From the NCBI GenBank assembly GCA_002457155.1, contig NTJS01000004.1:1953-65952 (forward strand): a stretch of 64,000 nucleotides of DNA, in the 5' to 3' direction. Each line of letters begins with the position of its first letter. Positions within the stretch are counted from its first letter, which is position 1. The stretch comes from Marine Group II euryarchaeote MED-G35 (GTDB lineage: Archaea; Thermoplasmatota; Poseidoniia; Poseidoniales; Thalassarchaeaceae). The position numbers were made by a program, and so were the translations under genes. Of this stretch, positions 47,083 to 57,347 are shown in pieces. Below the pieces are notes generated by a model that saw only the letters and a list, made by a program, of their open reading frames with translations, did not search any database and was not told the DNA's origin.

Positions 47083-49875
47083 TCAGAGGAAAACACTCTT
47101 CTTGTGTGTCGATGATCTGGGGGAAAGCCCCGCCCGCTTGATCTCGCTGACCATCTCCTTCCCGCTCCTGCTGTGTCCGTACTGAACCTCGCCGGGACTC
47201 ACCTTCCAGTTCCACTGCCGCTCGAAGACCTTCGCATCCTCCATATTGCGACAAAGCTTCTTGGGGACTGCATGGAACATCGAAAGGACGTTCTTATTCC
47301 TCCTGAAGTACTTGCCAACAACCTCTGGCAGCAAGTCGCTTAGCCACGTCTCGCTAACTACCTTGACCTCCCTCTGTATGACGTACCTCGGATTCTCCAG
47401 AGGTCCGAGCACCTCCTCCATGGCCTCTGCGAAGATGACCGACTCTTCTTCCGATGCCTCCTCCAGGTAGGTCCTCATCCAGCCCCCGCCTCTGCTGCCA
47501 CCTCCAACCTTGACTTCGAACCCGATGTGTCCTAGGGCCTGCAGCGAGGAGGCGACCGCGTCCGCAATTGCCAGGACAAGAGACTCATCGGACCATTGGG
47601 CCATCCCGATCCTGTTTGTCGGGGGGAAACCTCCTCCAAGCCCACTTCCTTTGATCTCTATTGCTTCCCTGGGAACCGCGCTGAAGGCCTCGCCGATACC
47701 CCATAGGTCTCGGGTACGCTCCCGATTCCTGGATCTCATCAGCATCTCCTCGTTGAAAACGTCCATCGCCTCGGAGACTCCCTCCGGACGAGCCTCGGTG
47801 AAGGCGGCGTGGACATGACCTACTCCCTTCTCTATGGCACCATCATCGCAGACCCCGTAGAGCTGCTTGTGCTTCCTTTTGAATCGCAGGTAGTCGTCGA
47901 AACCCTTCTTGAATTCGTCAGCCAGGCAAACGATGTCCCAGTTGTTTGCAACCTTCTCCGGCCAATGCTTGTCCAGCCTGAAAGACCTCCCTCTGAGTTG
48001 GTTTATGCTCATGCTGGTCGTGACTGTGGTCAGGTCAACGAGAACGTTGATCCTGCTGGCATCCCACCCCTCTCCCAGTAGCCCCCTTGTTCCCACGAGG
48101 CATTTCGTCACTCCTTCCTGGAACATCTCCGTGATCATCATCGTGTAGTAGCGAGGCAACCAGTCCTTGCCCTTGCCCTTGATCTCGAAGTAACCCTCAT
48201 TCTCGACATAGTCGAATTTGATATCCAGGCCCCTTGATTCCACCCATTGCTCGAATCTAGGGAAGATCCTCTCCAACAGGTCGTCGTCGACTAGCACCGT
48301 CGTCCCCGTCATTAGCACGGGATCCAGTCTGTCAGTGGCCTCGCTCCCGAGGACCGCCCTGTATGCTGCGACTGCGCCGCCCGCCTCTTTGTCCAGGACC
48401 CCTTCGACAAGTGCCGTGGCCGACGTCTTCTCGAAGTCAGTGACTATCACTGCCCTGATTTCGGGACCCAGCGCCTGCATCTCCGATTGCAGGATGTCTC
48501 GGAGCGCATCGTACTTCGCGGAACCATATGCCATTACCCTCCCAACCGGCGAGGCACAGGCCCTAGCTCCTCCTTTGGTGATCTGGATTCCGAGCATCCT
48601 GAGCTTCTTCTTCGCATCCTCGGCAAGAGCATGGTCCTCTTTGCTCTCCGACCTCATCAGTCCGTTCCTGATGTATCGATCGAGTAGCGTGATGAGCGTG
48701 TCCATGCTGTTCCCCGCAGCGACCAACTCTGGAGATGGAATTGGGACTCCATCTGGTAGGCTCAGACCTCCAGATGTCAGGTATCCCCTAGCCGCATCCG
48801 CCAGAGACGGGTCGCTTCTCCTGAATGAATCCCAGTCCTTGGCCTTACGGCCCGGCAGTGACAACTCGTCCAGCACCCTTGCCAGCCAGACCTCAAGACG
48901 AGGGACCCTGCCACTAACATCATCAGGCCCTCTTCTAAGAGACTTGACCAATGATTCGAAGTCATGGTCCACATTCGCAATGTAACTCAACTCATCGGAG
49001 GATGGGCGAACGAAGTAAGCCAGATCCTGATATGGGGAAAGGTTGCTATCCCTGACCAATGCGGGTACTGGGACCTCGTAGTCCACTTCTCCGAAGAGTT
49101 CCAGATACCTTCCTATTGAAGGGGCATTACTCTCTTCTGGAGGGGTGGCAGTAAGCCCTAGGATGATCGGATTACCGAGGAATTCCCTCGCCTCTATGAG
49201 CACCTTGCCCCAGTGATCCATTAGGTGATGGCACTCGTCGAGAATGATCAGCCCCACTCCAACATCGGCGAGTTTCATCAGATTCTCCCTGGCTGACTCG
49301 TGAAGGACCCATAGCGCATTGCCGTGATCGGCTAGGGAGTCCCTCGCCTTCTTCCGATAGTGCCCCATGGTCTCCGCGTGATGCTCTGGGTTCTTCTGCT
49401 CGAGATCATTGATCCATGCCATGGCGCTCTCAATATCGTCCGCCTCTATCACTCCGGAGTCGGAGGGAGTCATCAGTTTCGAGATCCACATCTCCTGTGC
49501 TGACTCGTCCAGATTTTCCCCTCCCCTCTTGGGCAGGGTTACCGACTGGTACGTTAGCGAAGTCAGGATCCCAGGATTCTTCGGGTCCGTGCCAATCTCT
49601 GACTCCCTCCCATCTAGGTGGAAGAGCTCCTTTGCCCTCTCGATCCATTGCGCCTGTATTGCAGAGTTCGGGCTGAGTACTAGCGTTGGCTTCCTGACTA
49701 GGTCGGACCAGACATATAGTCCCAGCACTGTCTTTCCGGAGCCCGGCGGAGCGACGATTAGGAGTTCCTTTGAGCCATCATCCAGATCCTTCTTGATGAC
49801 GCTTGATGATGCGACTTGGGATGGTCTGAGAGTTCCAGAGAACTGGATTCCTCCGAATTCATCAGTCATTGCCAA
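47083..49875 (-). CDS. superfamily 2 DEAD/DEAH-box (DECH) helicase, ResIII-like, with large C-terminal extension
   Basis: Motif I is 'VAPPGSGKT', motif II 'LIILDECHH', motif III 'GLTATPP' and motif VI 'QLRGRSFR'. There is a ~165-aa insert between motifs I and II, and the last ~290 aa are unassigned. The TTG start abuts the upstream stop; an ATG lies 2 codons in. Confidence 0.85.
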   Translation of the reverse strand: MAMTDEFGGIQFSGTLRPSQVASSSVIKKDLDDGSKELLIVAPPGSGKTVLGLYVWSDLVRKPTLVLSPNSAIQAQWIERAKELFHLDGRESEIGTDPKNPGILTSLTYQSVTLPKRGGENLDESAQEMWISKLMTPSDSGVIEADDIESAMAWINDLEQKNPEHHAETMGHYRKKARDSLADHGNALWVLHESARENLMKLADVGVGLIILDECHHLMDHWGKVLIEAREFLGNPIILGLTATPPEESNAPSIGRYLELFGEVDYEVPVPALVRDSNLSPYQDLAYFVRPSSDELSYIANVDHDFESLVKSLRRGPDDVSGRVPRLEVWLARVLDELSLPGRKAKDWDSFRRSDPSLADAARGYLTSGGLSLPDGVPIPSPELVAAGNSMDTLITLLDRYIRNGLMRSESKEDHALAEDAKKKLRMLGIQITKGGARACASPVGRVMAYGSAKYDALRDILQSEMQALGPEIRAVIVTDFEKTSATALVEGVLDKEAGGAVAAYRAVLGSEATDRLDPVLMTGTTVLVDDDLLERIFPRFEQWVESRGLDIKFDYVENEGYFEIKGKGKDWLPRYYTMMITEMFQEGVTKCLVGTRGLLGEGWDASRINVLVDLTTVTTSMSINQLRGRSFRLDKHWPEKVANNWDIVCLADEFKKGFDDYLRFKRKHKQLYGVCDDGAIEKGVGHVHAAFTEARPEGVSEAMDVFNEEMLMRSRNRERTRDLWGIGEAFSAVPREAIEIKGSGLGGGFPPTNRIGMAQWSDESLVLAIADAVASSLQALGHIGFEVKVGGGSRGGGWMRTYLEEASEEESVIFAEAMEEVLGPLENPRYVIQREVKVVSETWLSDLLPEVVGKYFRRNKNVLSMFHAVPKKLCRNMEDAKVFERQWNWKVSPGEVQYGHSRSGKEMVSEIKRAGLSPRSSTHKKSVFL

Positions 49876-50838
49876 TCATCCCACGTGGGAGTCGTGACTC
49901 ACAATTTTACCATTCATCTCGACCCCCTCTGGTATCCTTGCCCCTCTGCCAATAAGGCACCCATCCAGAATACTTCCAGCACCTACCTCGGCATCGCCGA
50001 GAATTACAGAGTTCGTGACAGTTGCCCCTTCCCCTACAACGGACGAATGCCCCACGGAACTACCAGAGACAAGACCTAGGTTCTCCGAGTCTTCGCCGAA
50101 CCAAGAATCGCCATTAACCGAACCGCTGCCGAATTTGCACTCGGCTATGCAAACCTGAGTCGCCTCGATGAAGGAACCCGGGGTGCCTGCATCCACGAAC
50201 CACCCCTCGTAAGGGAAACCATTCAGTCCACCAGTTTCAGCCAGATCCTCGTAGATGTCCCTCTCTATGCTGTGGGCACCCATTGGCATTAGATTGAAAA
50301 TCTCCGGCTCTAGGATGTAAGTCCCCGCATTAATGAGATTTGAGTACGCCTCTTCGATCGGAGGCTTCTCTTGGAATCTCATAATCTTCCCACTTTCTTG
50401 CCGATAGTCGGCCACTCCGAAACGAGACGGGTCCTCTACTTCCCACAGCGCAATGGTTCCAATACCTCCGTTGCTTCTGTGGAAATCTAGCATTTCTTCG
50501 ACCCTCAAACTGGTGATTAGATCACCATTAATTACACAGAAAGTACCACCAGAGAGGTGACTCTTGCAGTTCGCAATTGCACCCCCAGTACCAAGGGGTT
50601 CGCTCTCTTCGATAATTCTCACTTCATACGGTAGAGGGGTGTTGGCGAAGTGGGAGCGCATCTTCTCGACACCATAACCAGCAGCAATTAGGACTCTGTC
50701 GACTAAGGATTCTGGAAGGACGTCTACTACGTGCTCAATCATCGACTTATCCAGAATAGGGAGAAGGGGTTTTGGAACGCTCTCGGTCCATGGTCTTAGT
50801 CTGGTCCCGAATCCTCCTGCTAGAACGATAACGTCCAC
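49876..50838 (-). CDS. sugar-1-phosphate nucleotidylyltransferase with C-terminal left-handed beta-helix
   Basis: 'VIVLAGGFGTRLRPWTESVPKPLLPI' is the signature motif. The C-terminal hexapeptide repeats include 'VGEGATVTNSVILGDAEVGAGSILDGCLIG'. Confidence 0.88.
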   Translation of the reverse strand: MDVIVLAGGFGTRLRPWTESVPKPLLPILDKSMIEHVVDVLPESLVDRVLIAAGYGVEKMRSHFANTPLPYEVRIIEESEPLGTGGAIANCKSHLSGGTFCVINGDLITSLRVEEMLDFHRSNGGIGTIALWEVEDPSRFGVADYRQESGKIMRFQEKPPIEEAYSNLINAGTYILEPEIFNLMPMGAHSIERDIYEDLAETGGLNGFPYEGWFVDAGTPGSFIEATQVCIAECKFGSGSVNGDSWFGEDSENLGLVSGSSVGHSSVVGEGATVTNSVILGDAEVGAGSILDGCLIGRGARIPEGVEMNGKIVSHDSHVG

Positions 50839-50937
50839 GACTACCCCAGCACCTCACTCCCTTTCATCGCTTCGTGACTCTTCTTCGGAAGATTGGGTTC
50901 CGCATCTTTCAAGACCATACCTCGGCTGGGTCGCCCA

Positions 50938-52149
50938 ATGAACATTCATGAGTATCAGGCAAAGGCCATGTTCAGGGAGTCGGGAGTGTCTGTCCAACGT
51001 GGAGTTCACTGTACTACAGTCGAACAAGCACTGTCCGCATACGACTCCCTCAACTCAGATATTGTCGCAGTAAAAAGCCAAATTCATGCCGGGGGAAGGG
51101 GCAAGGGGGATTTGTTTAGCCCCGATTCTGGGGAGTTGGTGATGCAGGGAGGGGTGAAGGTGGCCTTCTCTAGGGAGGAAGTGGAAACCTTTGCCTCAAA
51201 TATCCTAGGTCACAGGCTCGTAACCAAGCAGACTGGTCCTTCTGGGAAGATTGTCAGCAACTTGTACGTGGAGTCTGGTTGTGACATTGCTCACGAGTAC
51301 TATCTTGCACTTCTCGTTGACAGAGAGGAGGACGCGATCCTGGTCATGGCTTCTACTGAGGGCGGAGTGGATATCGAAGAGGTCGCCGAGACGTCTCCAG
51401 AAGCCATCCACAAAGCATGGTTCCTTCCTTCGGATGGCCTTAGCGAGGAGGTTGCCCATTCCCTAGGGGATTCCCTCGGGCTATCAGGAACTTCCCGAAG
51501 CTCATTTGCGGAGATGATGGTAAGACTAGCATCTTTGTTCACCGAGAAGGACTGTTCGATGATCGAGATAAACCCCCTTGTCAGAGATGGAAATGGATCT
51601 ATGGTGGCTTTGGATGCAAAGGTCAGCTTCGATGAGAATGCCGCATTCAGGCATCCATGGAGAGAAGATCTCAGAGACATCTCGGAGGAGTCAGATGTGG
51701 AAGTAAGGGCGCATGAACATGGGCTCTCATATGTTGATCTGGAAGGAAACATCGGCTGTTTGGTCAATGGTGCCGGCTTGGCAATGGCTACGATGGACGT
51801 AATCAAGTTGTACGGAGGAGAGCCAGCAAACTTCCTAGACATTGGAGGGGGTGCCGATAGCGAATCAATCACAGCTGCATTCGAGATTATTCTTGAGGAC
51901 TCACGTCTGGAAGGAATCCTCGTCAATATTTTTGGGGGGATTATCAGATGCGATATGGTTGCTCGGAGTATCATCGAGGCCTCAGAGGAGACCGGCCTGA
52001 GGATTCCTCTGGTGGTCAGATTCTCGGGTACTAATCACGAAGAAGGCAGGAAGGTTCTGGAAGAATCAGATCTCGATGTGATTACTGTCAGCACCCTAGG
52101 AGATGCCGGGGAGGCAATAGTCAATGCAATTGGGGGAAATCAGACATGA
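50938..52149 (+). CDS. sucC: succinate--CoA ligase (ADP-forming) beta subunit
   Basis: '[12 protein letters not shown]' begins at internal ATG 50938. '[13 protein letters not shown]', 'IEINPL' and '[18 protein letters not shown]' are present. There is a 4-nt ATGA overlap with sucD. Confidence 0.95.
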   Translation: MNIHEYQAKAMFRESGVSVQRGVHCTTVEQALSAYDSLNSDIVAVKSQIHAGGRGKGDLFSPDSGELVMQGGVKVAFSREEVETFASNILGHRLVTKQTGPSGKIVSNLYVESGCDIAHEYYLALLVDREEDAILVMASTEGGVDIEEVAETSPEAIHKAWFLPSDGLSEEVAHSLGDSLGLSGTSRSSFAEMMVRLASLFTEKDCSMIEINPLVRDGNGSMVALDAKVSFDENAAFRHPWREDLRDISEESDVEVRAHEHGLSYVDLEGNIGCLVNGAGLAMATMDVIKLYGGEPANFLDIGGGADSESITAAFEIILEDSRLEGILVNIFGGIIRCDMVARSIIEASEETGLRIPLVVRFSGTNHEEGRKVLEESDLDVITVSTLGDAGEAIVNAIGGNQT

Positions 52150-53075
52150 GCATTTGGATCAATGAGGAGACGAGGGTCCTGATACAGGGGATTACGGGCA
52201 GCCAAGGAACGTTTCACGGGACAAGGATGGTCGAATACGGTACTGACATTGTGGGCGGAGTCACCCCAGGAAAGGGAGGGCAAGTTGTTGAACTCCCGGG
52301 TAGATCGGTTCCAGTATTCGATACGATGTCAGAAGCCGTTTCCTCAACCGGGGCACAGGCTAGTGTAATTTACGTTCCAGCACGATTCGCAGCCCCTGCA
52401 ATAATTGAGGCTGCTGACTCATTCCACGAATTGAACGAAGGCGGACTAATCGTCTGCATCACCGAGGGAATCCCGACTCTTGATATGGTGAAGGTAGTTT
52501 CTCACTTGGAAAAAAGGCCGGGTGTTAGGCTAATCGGACCAAATTGCCCCGGAATAATTTCCCCCGGTTCCAATGGGGGGTGTAAGATAGGGATAATGCC
52601 CGGTTACATCCACGCCAAAGGTAGGATCGGAATCATTTCCAAGTCAGGCACCCTCACTTACGAGGCAGTTGCACAAACCATGAGCGTAGGAGAGGGGCAA
52701 ACAACCTGCGTTGGAATCGGGGGCGATCCAGTAAATGGGACTGGTTTTATCGAGTGCCTAGAAGCATTCGAGAAGGACCCAGACACCCAGGCAGTGGTTA
52801 TGATTGGCGAGATTGGCGGTACTGCGGAAGAGGAAGCTGCAGCATGGTCCAAGGCGAACTTCTCCAAGCCATTGGTAGGGTTCGTTGCAGGAGCTACTGC
52901 ACCACCCGGTAAGAGGATGGGTCATGCAGGAGCAATCATTTCAGGAGGCAAGGGGACTGCGGAGGAGAAGTTCGCAGCATTCGAAGCCGCAGGAATACAC
53001 ATTGCTCGTGACCCATCAAAGATTGGCGAGGCTCTGGTATCAGCCTTGGTAGAAGCAGGCCTGCGAGAGTCTTAG
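52146..53075 (+). CDS. sucD: succinate--CoA ligase alpha subunit
   Basis: '[14 protein letters not shown]', '[11 protein letters not shown]', 'SKSGTLTYE' and '[15 protein letters not shown]' (phospho-His loop) are present. Confidence 0.95.
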   Translation: MSIWINEETRVLIQGITGSQGTFHGTRMVEYGTDIVGGVTPGKGGQVVELPGRSVPVFDTMSEAVSSTGAQASVIYVPARFAAPAIIEAADSFHELNEGGLIVCITEGIPTLDMVKVVSHLEKRPGVRLIGPNCPGIISPGSNGGCKIGIMPGYIHAKGRIGIISKSGTLTYEAVAQTMSVGEGQTTCVGIGGDPVNGTGFIECLEAFEKDPDTQAVVMIGEIGGTAEEEAAAWSKANFSKPLVGFVAGATAPPGKRMGHAGAIISGGKGTAEEKFAAFEAAGIHIARDPSKIGEALVSALVEAGLRES

Positions 53076-53101
53076 GAACAGAAACCTCTAGCGAGACCAA
53101 G

Positions 53102-54112
53102 TTGGTATCCATGTCGAGCATATTCAACTCGGAGTTAGATTCTATTCTGGAAGGGACCTCTCGCTCATTCTATCTCTCTCTCAAGGAGTTGCCCAATTCG
53201 ATAAGGCCCCAAGTCAGTCTTCTGTACATGCTTGCTCGGACATCCGATACAATAGCCGACTCGGAGCAAGGGGATCCGAGTGATCTTTTGTTGGCACTCG
53301 AGTCATACAATGATTTCTCCCAGGGAAAAACCGCCAGTCTACTAGACATATCTTCACTAGCAGAATCCCAGAGAAACAAATCGGAAGCCTCACTACTAAG
53401 GAATGTAGAAAAAATCGTCTCCAAGATTGCGGACTTTTCGGAATCCGATCAGAAAGCGATTCGTCGCTGCCTCGGAATCATCATCGGAGGGCAGATTCTA
53501 GATTTACAGAGGTTCTCATCCGATGAAGGAACGATTCTTTCACTAGAATCAGACGAAGAATTGGACGACTACGCCTATCGAGTAGCAGGCAGCGTAGGAG
53601 AGTTCTGGACTAGGATGTCACTGGACCATATTTTCAAACTCAAAGAGGAAGAAATGGAGGAACAACTCTTTGAGAAGGGAATCAGATTCGGCAAAGCCCT
53701 CCAGATGATCAACATCCTTAGGGACGTCCCTGCAGATTTGTCTCTCGGCAGATGCTACATTCCTAGAAGTAAACTGGAGGGGTACGGAATGACTCCGATC
53801 GATCTCCTGGAACCCTCAAGCATGGACTCATTCAGACCGCTCTATGATGGATATCTGGATTTGACTGACGAATATCTGACTTCAGCAGTTCAGTATATCG
53901 AGATGTTGCCTCATTGGAAGTTTCGACTTAGGGCTGCTTGCATGTTCCCGGTAATAATTGGGAAGAGGACGGTTTCCAAACTCAGAGAAGGCAATGTCCT
54001 AGATCCAAGTAACAGAATAAAGATCGACAGATCAGAAATCAAAGACGTCATCAAGAAGGTCGTATTATCAGTCCCATCCAGACAAGCCAGCATGAGGATC
54101 CTACGGAGTTAG
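53102..54112 (+). CDS. squalene/phytoene synthase family protein (squalene-synthase-like)
   Basis: 'GTSRSFYLSLKELP...LLYMLARTSDTIAD' is the first Asp-rich region. 'LDDYAYRVAGSVGEF' and 'NILRDVPADLSLGRCYIP' (second Asp-rich region) follow. Confidence 0.78.
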   Translation: MVSMSSIFNSELDSILEGTSRSFYLSLKELPNSIRPQVSLLYMLARTSDTIADSEQGDPSDLLLALESYNDFSQGKTASLLDISSLAESQRNKSEASLLRNVEKIVSKIADFSESDQKAIRRCLGIIIGGQILDLQRFSSDEGTILSLESDEELDDYAYRVAGSVGEFWTRMSLDHIFKLKEEEMEEQLFEKGIRFGKALQMINILRDVPADLSLGRCYIPRSKLEGYGMTPIDLLEPSSMDSFRPLYDGYLDLTDEYLTSAVQYIEMLPHWKFRLRAACMFPVIIGKRTVSKLREGNVLDPSNRIKIDRSEIKDVIKKVVLSVPSRQASMRILRS

Positions 54113-54150
54113 GTTCCAAAAATCTAGGTTTTCCTCTTCCCTATTATTTC
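54113..54150 (+). terminator. T-rich tract after the first squalene-synthase-like gene (possible archaeal oligo-T terminator / next promoter)
   Basis: 'gttccaaaaatctaggttttcctcttccctattatttc' directly follows the stop at 54110-54112. It contains TTTT and TTATTT runs on the coding strand. Confidence 0.3.
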
Positions 54151-54218
54151 GATGCAGCATAGAAACCCATTCGGGAGACATTCAAGTGGGCCAAGACTCC
54201 GCCCGATTCTGAAGGTAC

Positions 54219-55469
54219 ATGGCGCAGGATAGGGAATCCCGAATCGAGATCATCCTCGATGCTGAGATTGACGACAGAGTGTTTACAGACCAACCAGACC
54301 GCCAAGAAGAGCAAATAGACATCATCAGAGCTGCAGTCGATATTACCAAGGAAGCAGCTAGAGCCATCAGCATCACAGCCATCGAGGCAGTACGAGAAAG
54401 TGCCCTTTTCATGGGAGTAATTGGATCAAGGGGAGAATTGCTGGATCCCTTCAAGCACATTGACGCTCCCATCTGGACTGAACCAGAAATACCCCAACAC
54501 ATGATAGAAACATCATACGAATTCTGTGAGGAACTCACACGTAGGGAAGCAGGAAATTTCTATCACTCTTTCAAGTATCTACCCGAGGAAAAGCGACGCT
54601 CAATAATGGCATACTACGCGTTTTGTCGTAGAGCAGACGATATTGCCGATGGTGACTTCGAAGACGTCTTCCCAGGAGGATCCTCAGATGATCCAGAATC
54701 TGTAAATTACAGATTCGACATCGAAAGGCTGAGTCCGGGAACCCCGGTCTTGGACAGATCGACATACAACGACAAAATGTCTCAATTGTTCTACTACCGT
54801 AAGAAACTATCAACTGCATATGGCGATTACACATCAACCGATCCAATTTTCATCGCTCTCAAGGACACCGTGCAGAAGCATGGAATCCAGAGGCAATTAC
54901 TGGACGATATGATCAGCGGGATGGAAAACGATTTCCATAAGAACCGATATCAAACCTTCGAAGAACTATACTCTTACTGCTACCGAGTAGCTTCCACCGT
55001 GGGTCTGGTGTGTATAGAAATATACGGATACGACAATCCCAAAGCTAAGGAATATGCCGAGTCTTGGGGGGTCTTCATGCAACTAATCAACATCATCAGG
55101 GATGTCTCCGAGGACGCTAAGAGGGATCGGATCTACCTTCCTCTCGAAGATCTCGCGCGCTGGGGTATCTCTGAGGAAGATGTCAAGAGCGGCGAGGATA
55201 TGCTCGAACACCCCGGCTGGGCACCATTTGTAGAGGAGTACTTGGACAGAGCCGATGGATACCGGCAAAGGGCATTCAAAGTTCTCACGCACTTGGATAA
55301 GTCTTCTCGATACTCTCCGGCTGCAATGGCTTCATTCTACCAATCCATAATGGCCAAGATTACCAAGAAGAATGGTGATGTTTTCACTGAGAGGATTCAG
55401 CTCACTAAAACCGAGAAGATTCTTCTCGCTGGATACGTGTACATAAGGTACCGATTCTTCGGTTTCTGA
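54219..55469 (+). CDS. squalene/phytoene synthase family protein (phytoene-synthase/HpnD-like) with ~95-aa N-terminal extension
   Basis: 'GNFYHSFKYLPEEKRRSIMAYYAFCRRADDIADG', 'LYSYCYRVASTVGLV' and 'NIIRDVSEDAKRDRIYLPLEDL' are present. The family core would start near internal ATG 54501. I kept the longer form because the T-rich/TATA-like element (54142-54149) lies upstream of 54219. Confidence 0.8.
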   Translation: MAQDRESRIEIILDAEIDDRVFTDQPDRQEEQIDIIRAAVDITKEAARAISITAIEAVRESALFMGVIGSRGELLDPFKHIDAPIWTEPEIPQHMIETSYEFCEELTRREAGNFYHSFKYLPEEKRRSIMAYYAFCRRADDIADGDFEDVFPGGSSDDPESVNYRFDIERLSPGTPVLDRSTYNDKMSQLFYYRKKLSTAYGDYTSTDPIFIALKDTVQKHGIQRQLLDDMISGMENDFHKNRYQTFEELYSYCYRVASTVGLVCIEIYGYDNPKAKEYAESWGVFMQLINIIRDVSEDAKRDRIYLPLEDLARWGISEEDVKSGEDMLEHPGWAPFVEEYLDRADGYRQRAFKVLTHLDKSSRYSPAAMASFYQSIMAKITKKNGDVFTERIQLTKTEKILLAGYVYIRYRFFGF

Positions 55470-55534
55470 TGTAAACGACCTCGTACTACCTAACATATGG
55501 AAGAAGTATTAGTCAATGGTAAGGAGGGTCAGGC

Positions 55535-57304
55535 ATGAGAGTGGCAGTTCTTCTGGAGGAACGTTGCAAGCCCAACAGCAATGCGTTTGCCTATCTGAAG
55601 AAGTACTCCGCCATGTGTGACAGGGAATGCATACAGGTTGAGGGGTCAAAGTGCAAGATACTCGAGACAGCATGCCCGGTTTGCTTCACGAGAGCAAAGC
55701 ACTGCCCGGATGACGCGGTAAAGATCATCAATCTCCCAGAGGAACTGGATACCGATTTGACTCACTCTTATGGTGAGAACTCATTCAGACTATTCAGACT
55801 CCCCTCTCCTCGTCAAGACCAGATCGTGGGGATACTAGGGCCGAATGGAATCGGAAAATCAACTGCAATAAACCTCCTATCAGGTGCATTCAGGCCAAAT
55901 CTAGGTGATTGGGCCAACCCTTCACCAGAGTGGGAACAGGTAATCTCCACATTTCCCAGAGGGGAGCTGAGGGATTACTTGGCTTTGGTTTCAGAGGGAG
56001 AAGTTAGCATAGCAGTGAAGCCACAGTACATCGACAAACTCCCTCGTATCTTCGAAGGAGAAGTCAATGAACTTCTGACCAGGGTAGATGACAGGGAGGA
56101 GATCGGCAAATACTCCGAGTTGATGGGAATCTCCCACATCATCGACAGAAAGTTGGGCGATCTATCCGGGGGAGAATTACAGAGAGTAGCGATATGCGCT
56201 ACTCTACTAAAGGAAGCGGACGTCTACTTCTTTGATGAGCCATCTTCCTACTTGGACATATACGAGAGGATGAGGATGGTCGGGGTGGTTAGGGATCTGG
56301 TTGAGAGGGGAAAGAGAGTACTCGTAGTAGAGCACGATCTGGCAATTCTGGACGTTCTATGCGACCTAGTTCACGTAATTTATGGAGATAGATCGGCATA
56401 TGGGATCTTTACTCCCCCCAGATCCACTAGGACTGCAATAAATGCGTACCTGGATGGTTATCTGCCAGAGGAGAATGTCAGGATTAGAGATAAGCCAATC
56501 CGATTCCTAAGGGGGAGGACACGTGGCGAGGAGGTTGGCACTCCGGTTCTCAAATGGGGCTCGATAGAGAAAAATCTCGGGGACTTCAACCTTAAGACCG
56601 GAGAAGGTGAAGTCAAGTCCGCTGAGGTCGTTGGCGTAGTCGGGCCCAATGCAACCGGCAAGACCACACTCGTCAAGATATTCGCCGGAGAAATAGATCC
56701 AGATGAGGGGTGGTGTACTATGGATGCCAAGGTCTCGTACAAACCTCAGCATGTTCGGACCGAGTTCGAAGGCACGGTCCAAGAATGGCTCGATTCCGAA
56801 CTGGGGGGTAAATGGCGTAGTGGAGAATTCCACACCCAGGTCACCAGAGCGCTTCAAGTTGACAAGATGCTGGATTTACAGGCCTCGAAACTATCTGGTG
56901 GAGAACTACAGGCAGTAAGTATAGCCATTTGCCTAGGGAAGGAAGCAGACTTGTACCTATTCGATGAACCTAGTGCACATCTGGACGCAAACGCAAGAAT
57001 GGAGGCAGCAAAGGCAATCAGGAGGACTATGGAAAGTAATGAGAAGGCTGCGATGGTAATCGATCACGACACATATTTCCTCGACATAGTCAGCGACTCA
57101 ATCCTTGTTTTCCAGGGAGAAGGTGGCAGCCATGGCCATGCAGTCGGACCCCTCTCTCTCAGGAAGGGGATGAACCTCTTCCTATCCGATGCCGAAGTCA
57201 CCTTCCGCAGGGATGTCGAATCACACCGACCACGAATAAACAAACCCTCAAGCAGGAAGGACCGCGAACAGAAGTCATCCGGGGAATACTTCTACTCTGA
57301 CTAG
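55535..57304 (+). CDS. ABCE1 (RNase L inhibitor/Rli1) ribosome-recycling ATPase
   Basis: The N-terminal Fe-S domain has Cys clusters ('RCKPNS..', 'CPVCFTRAKHCPDDA'). There are two ABC cassettes ('GPNGIGKST'/'LSGGELQR'/'YFFDEPSS' and 'GPNATGKTT'/'LSGGELQ'/'YLFDEPSA'). AGGAGGG lies upstream. Confidence 0.95.
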   Translation: MRVAVLLEERCKPNSNAFAYLKKYSAMCDRECIQVEGSKCKILETACPVCFTRAKHCPDDAVKIINLPEELDTDLTHSYGENSFRLFRLPSPRQDQIVGILGPNGIGKSTAINLLSGAFRPNLGDWANPSPEWEQVISTFPRGELRDYLALVSEGEVSIAVKPQYIDKLPRIFEGEVNELLTRVDDREEIGKYSELMGISHIIDRKLGDLSGGELQRVAICATLLKEADVYFFDEPSSYLDIYERMRMVGVVRDLVERGKRVLVVEHDLAILDVLCDLVHVIYGDRSAYGIFTPPRSTRTAINAYLDGYLPEENVRIRDKPIRFLRGRTRGEEVGTPVLKWGSIEKNLGDFNLKTGEGEVKSAEVVGVVGPNATGKTTLVKIFAGEIDPDEGWCTMDAKVSYKPQHVRTEFEGTVQEWLDSELGGKWRSGEFHTQVTRALQVDKMLDLQASKLSGGELQAVSIAICLGKEADLYLFDEPSAHLDANARMEAAKAIRRTMESNEKAAMVIDHDTYFLDIVSDSILVFQGEGGSHGHAVGPLSLRKGMNLFLSDAEVTFRRDVESHRPRINKPSSRKDREQKSSGEYFYSD

Positions 57305-57347
57305 CATTGACCATTGGATTCTTGAGGGGCTATTCCAGCCCATTGAC

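Noticed and set aside
48218-48985. 255-aa ORF antisense to the helicase. Similar ORFs lie at 51300-51974 opposite sucC and 43528-44124 opposite ppk2.
   Set aside because: The reason is the same: Ser-rich shadow frames, while the sense frames carry complete catalytic motifs.
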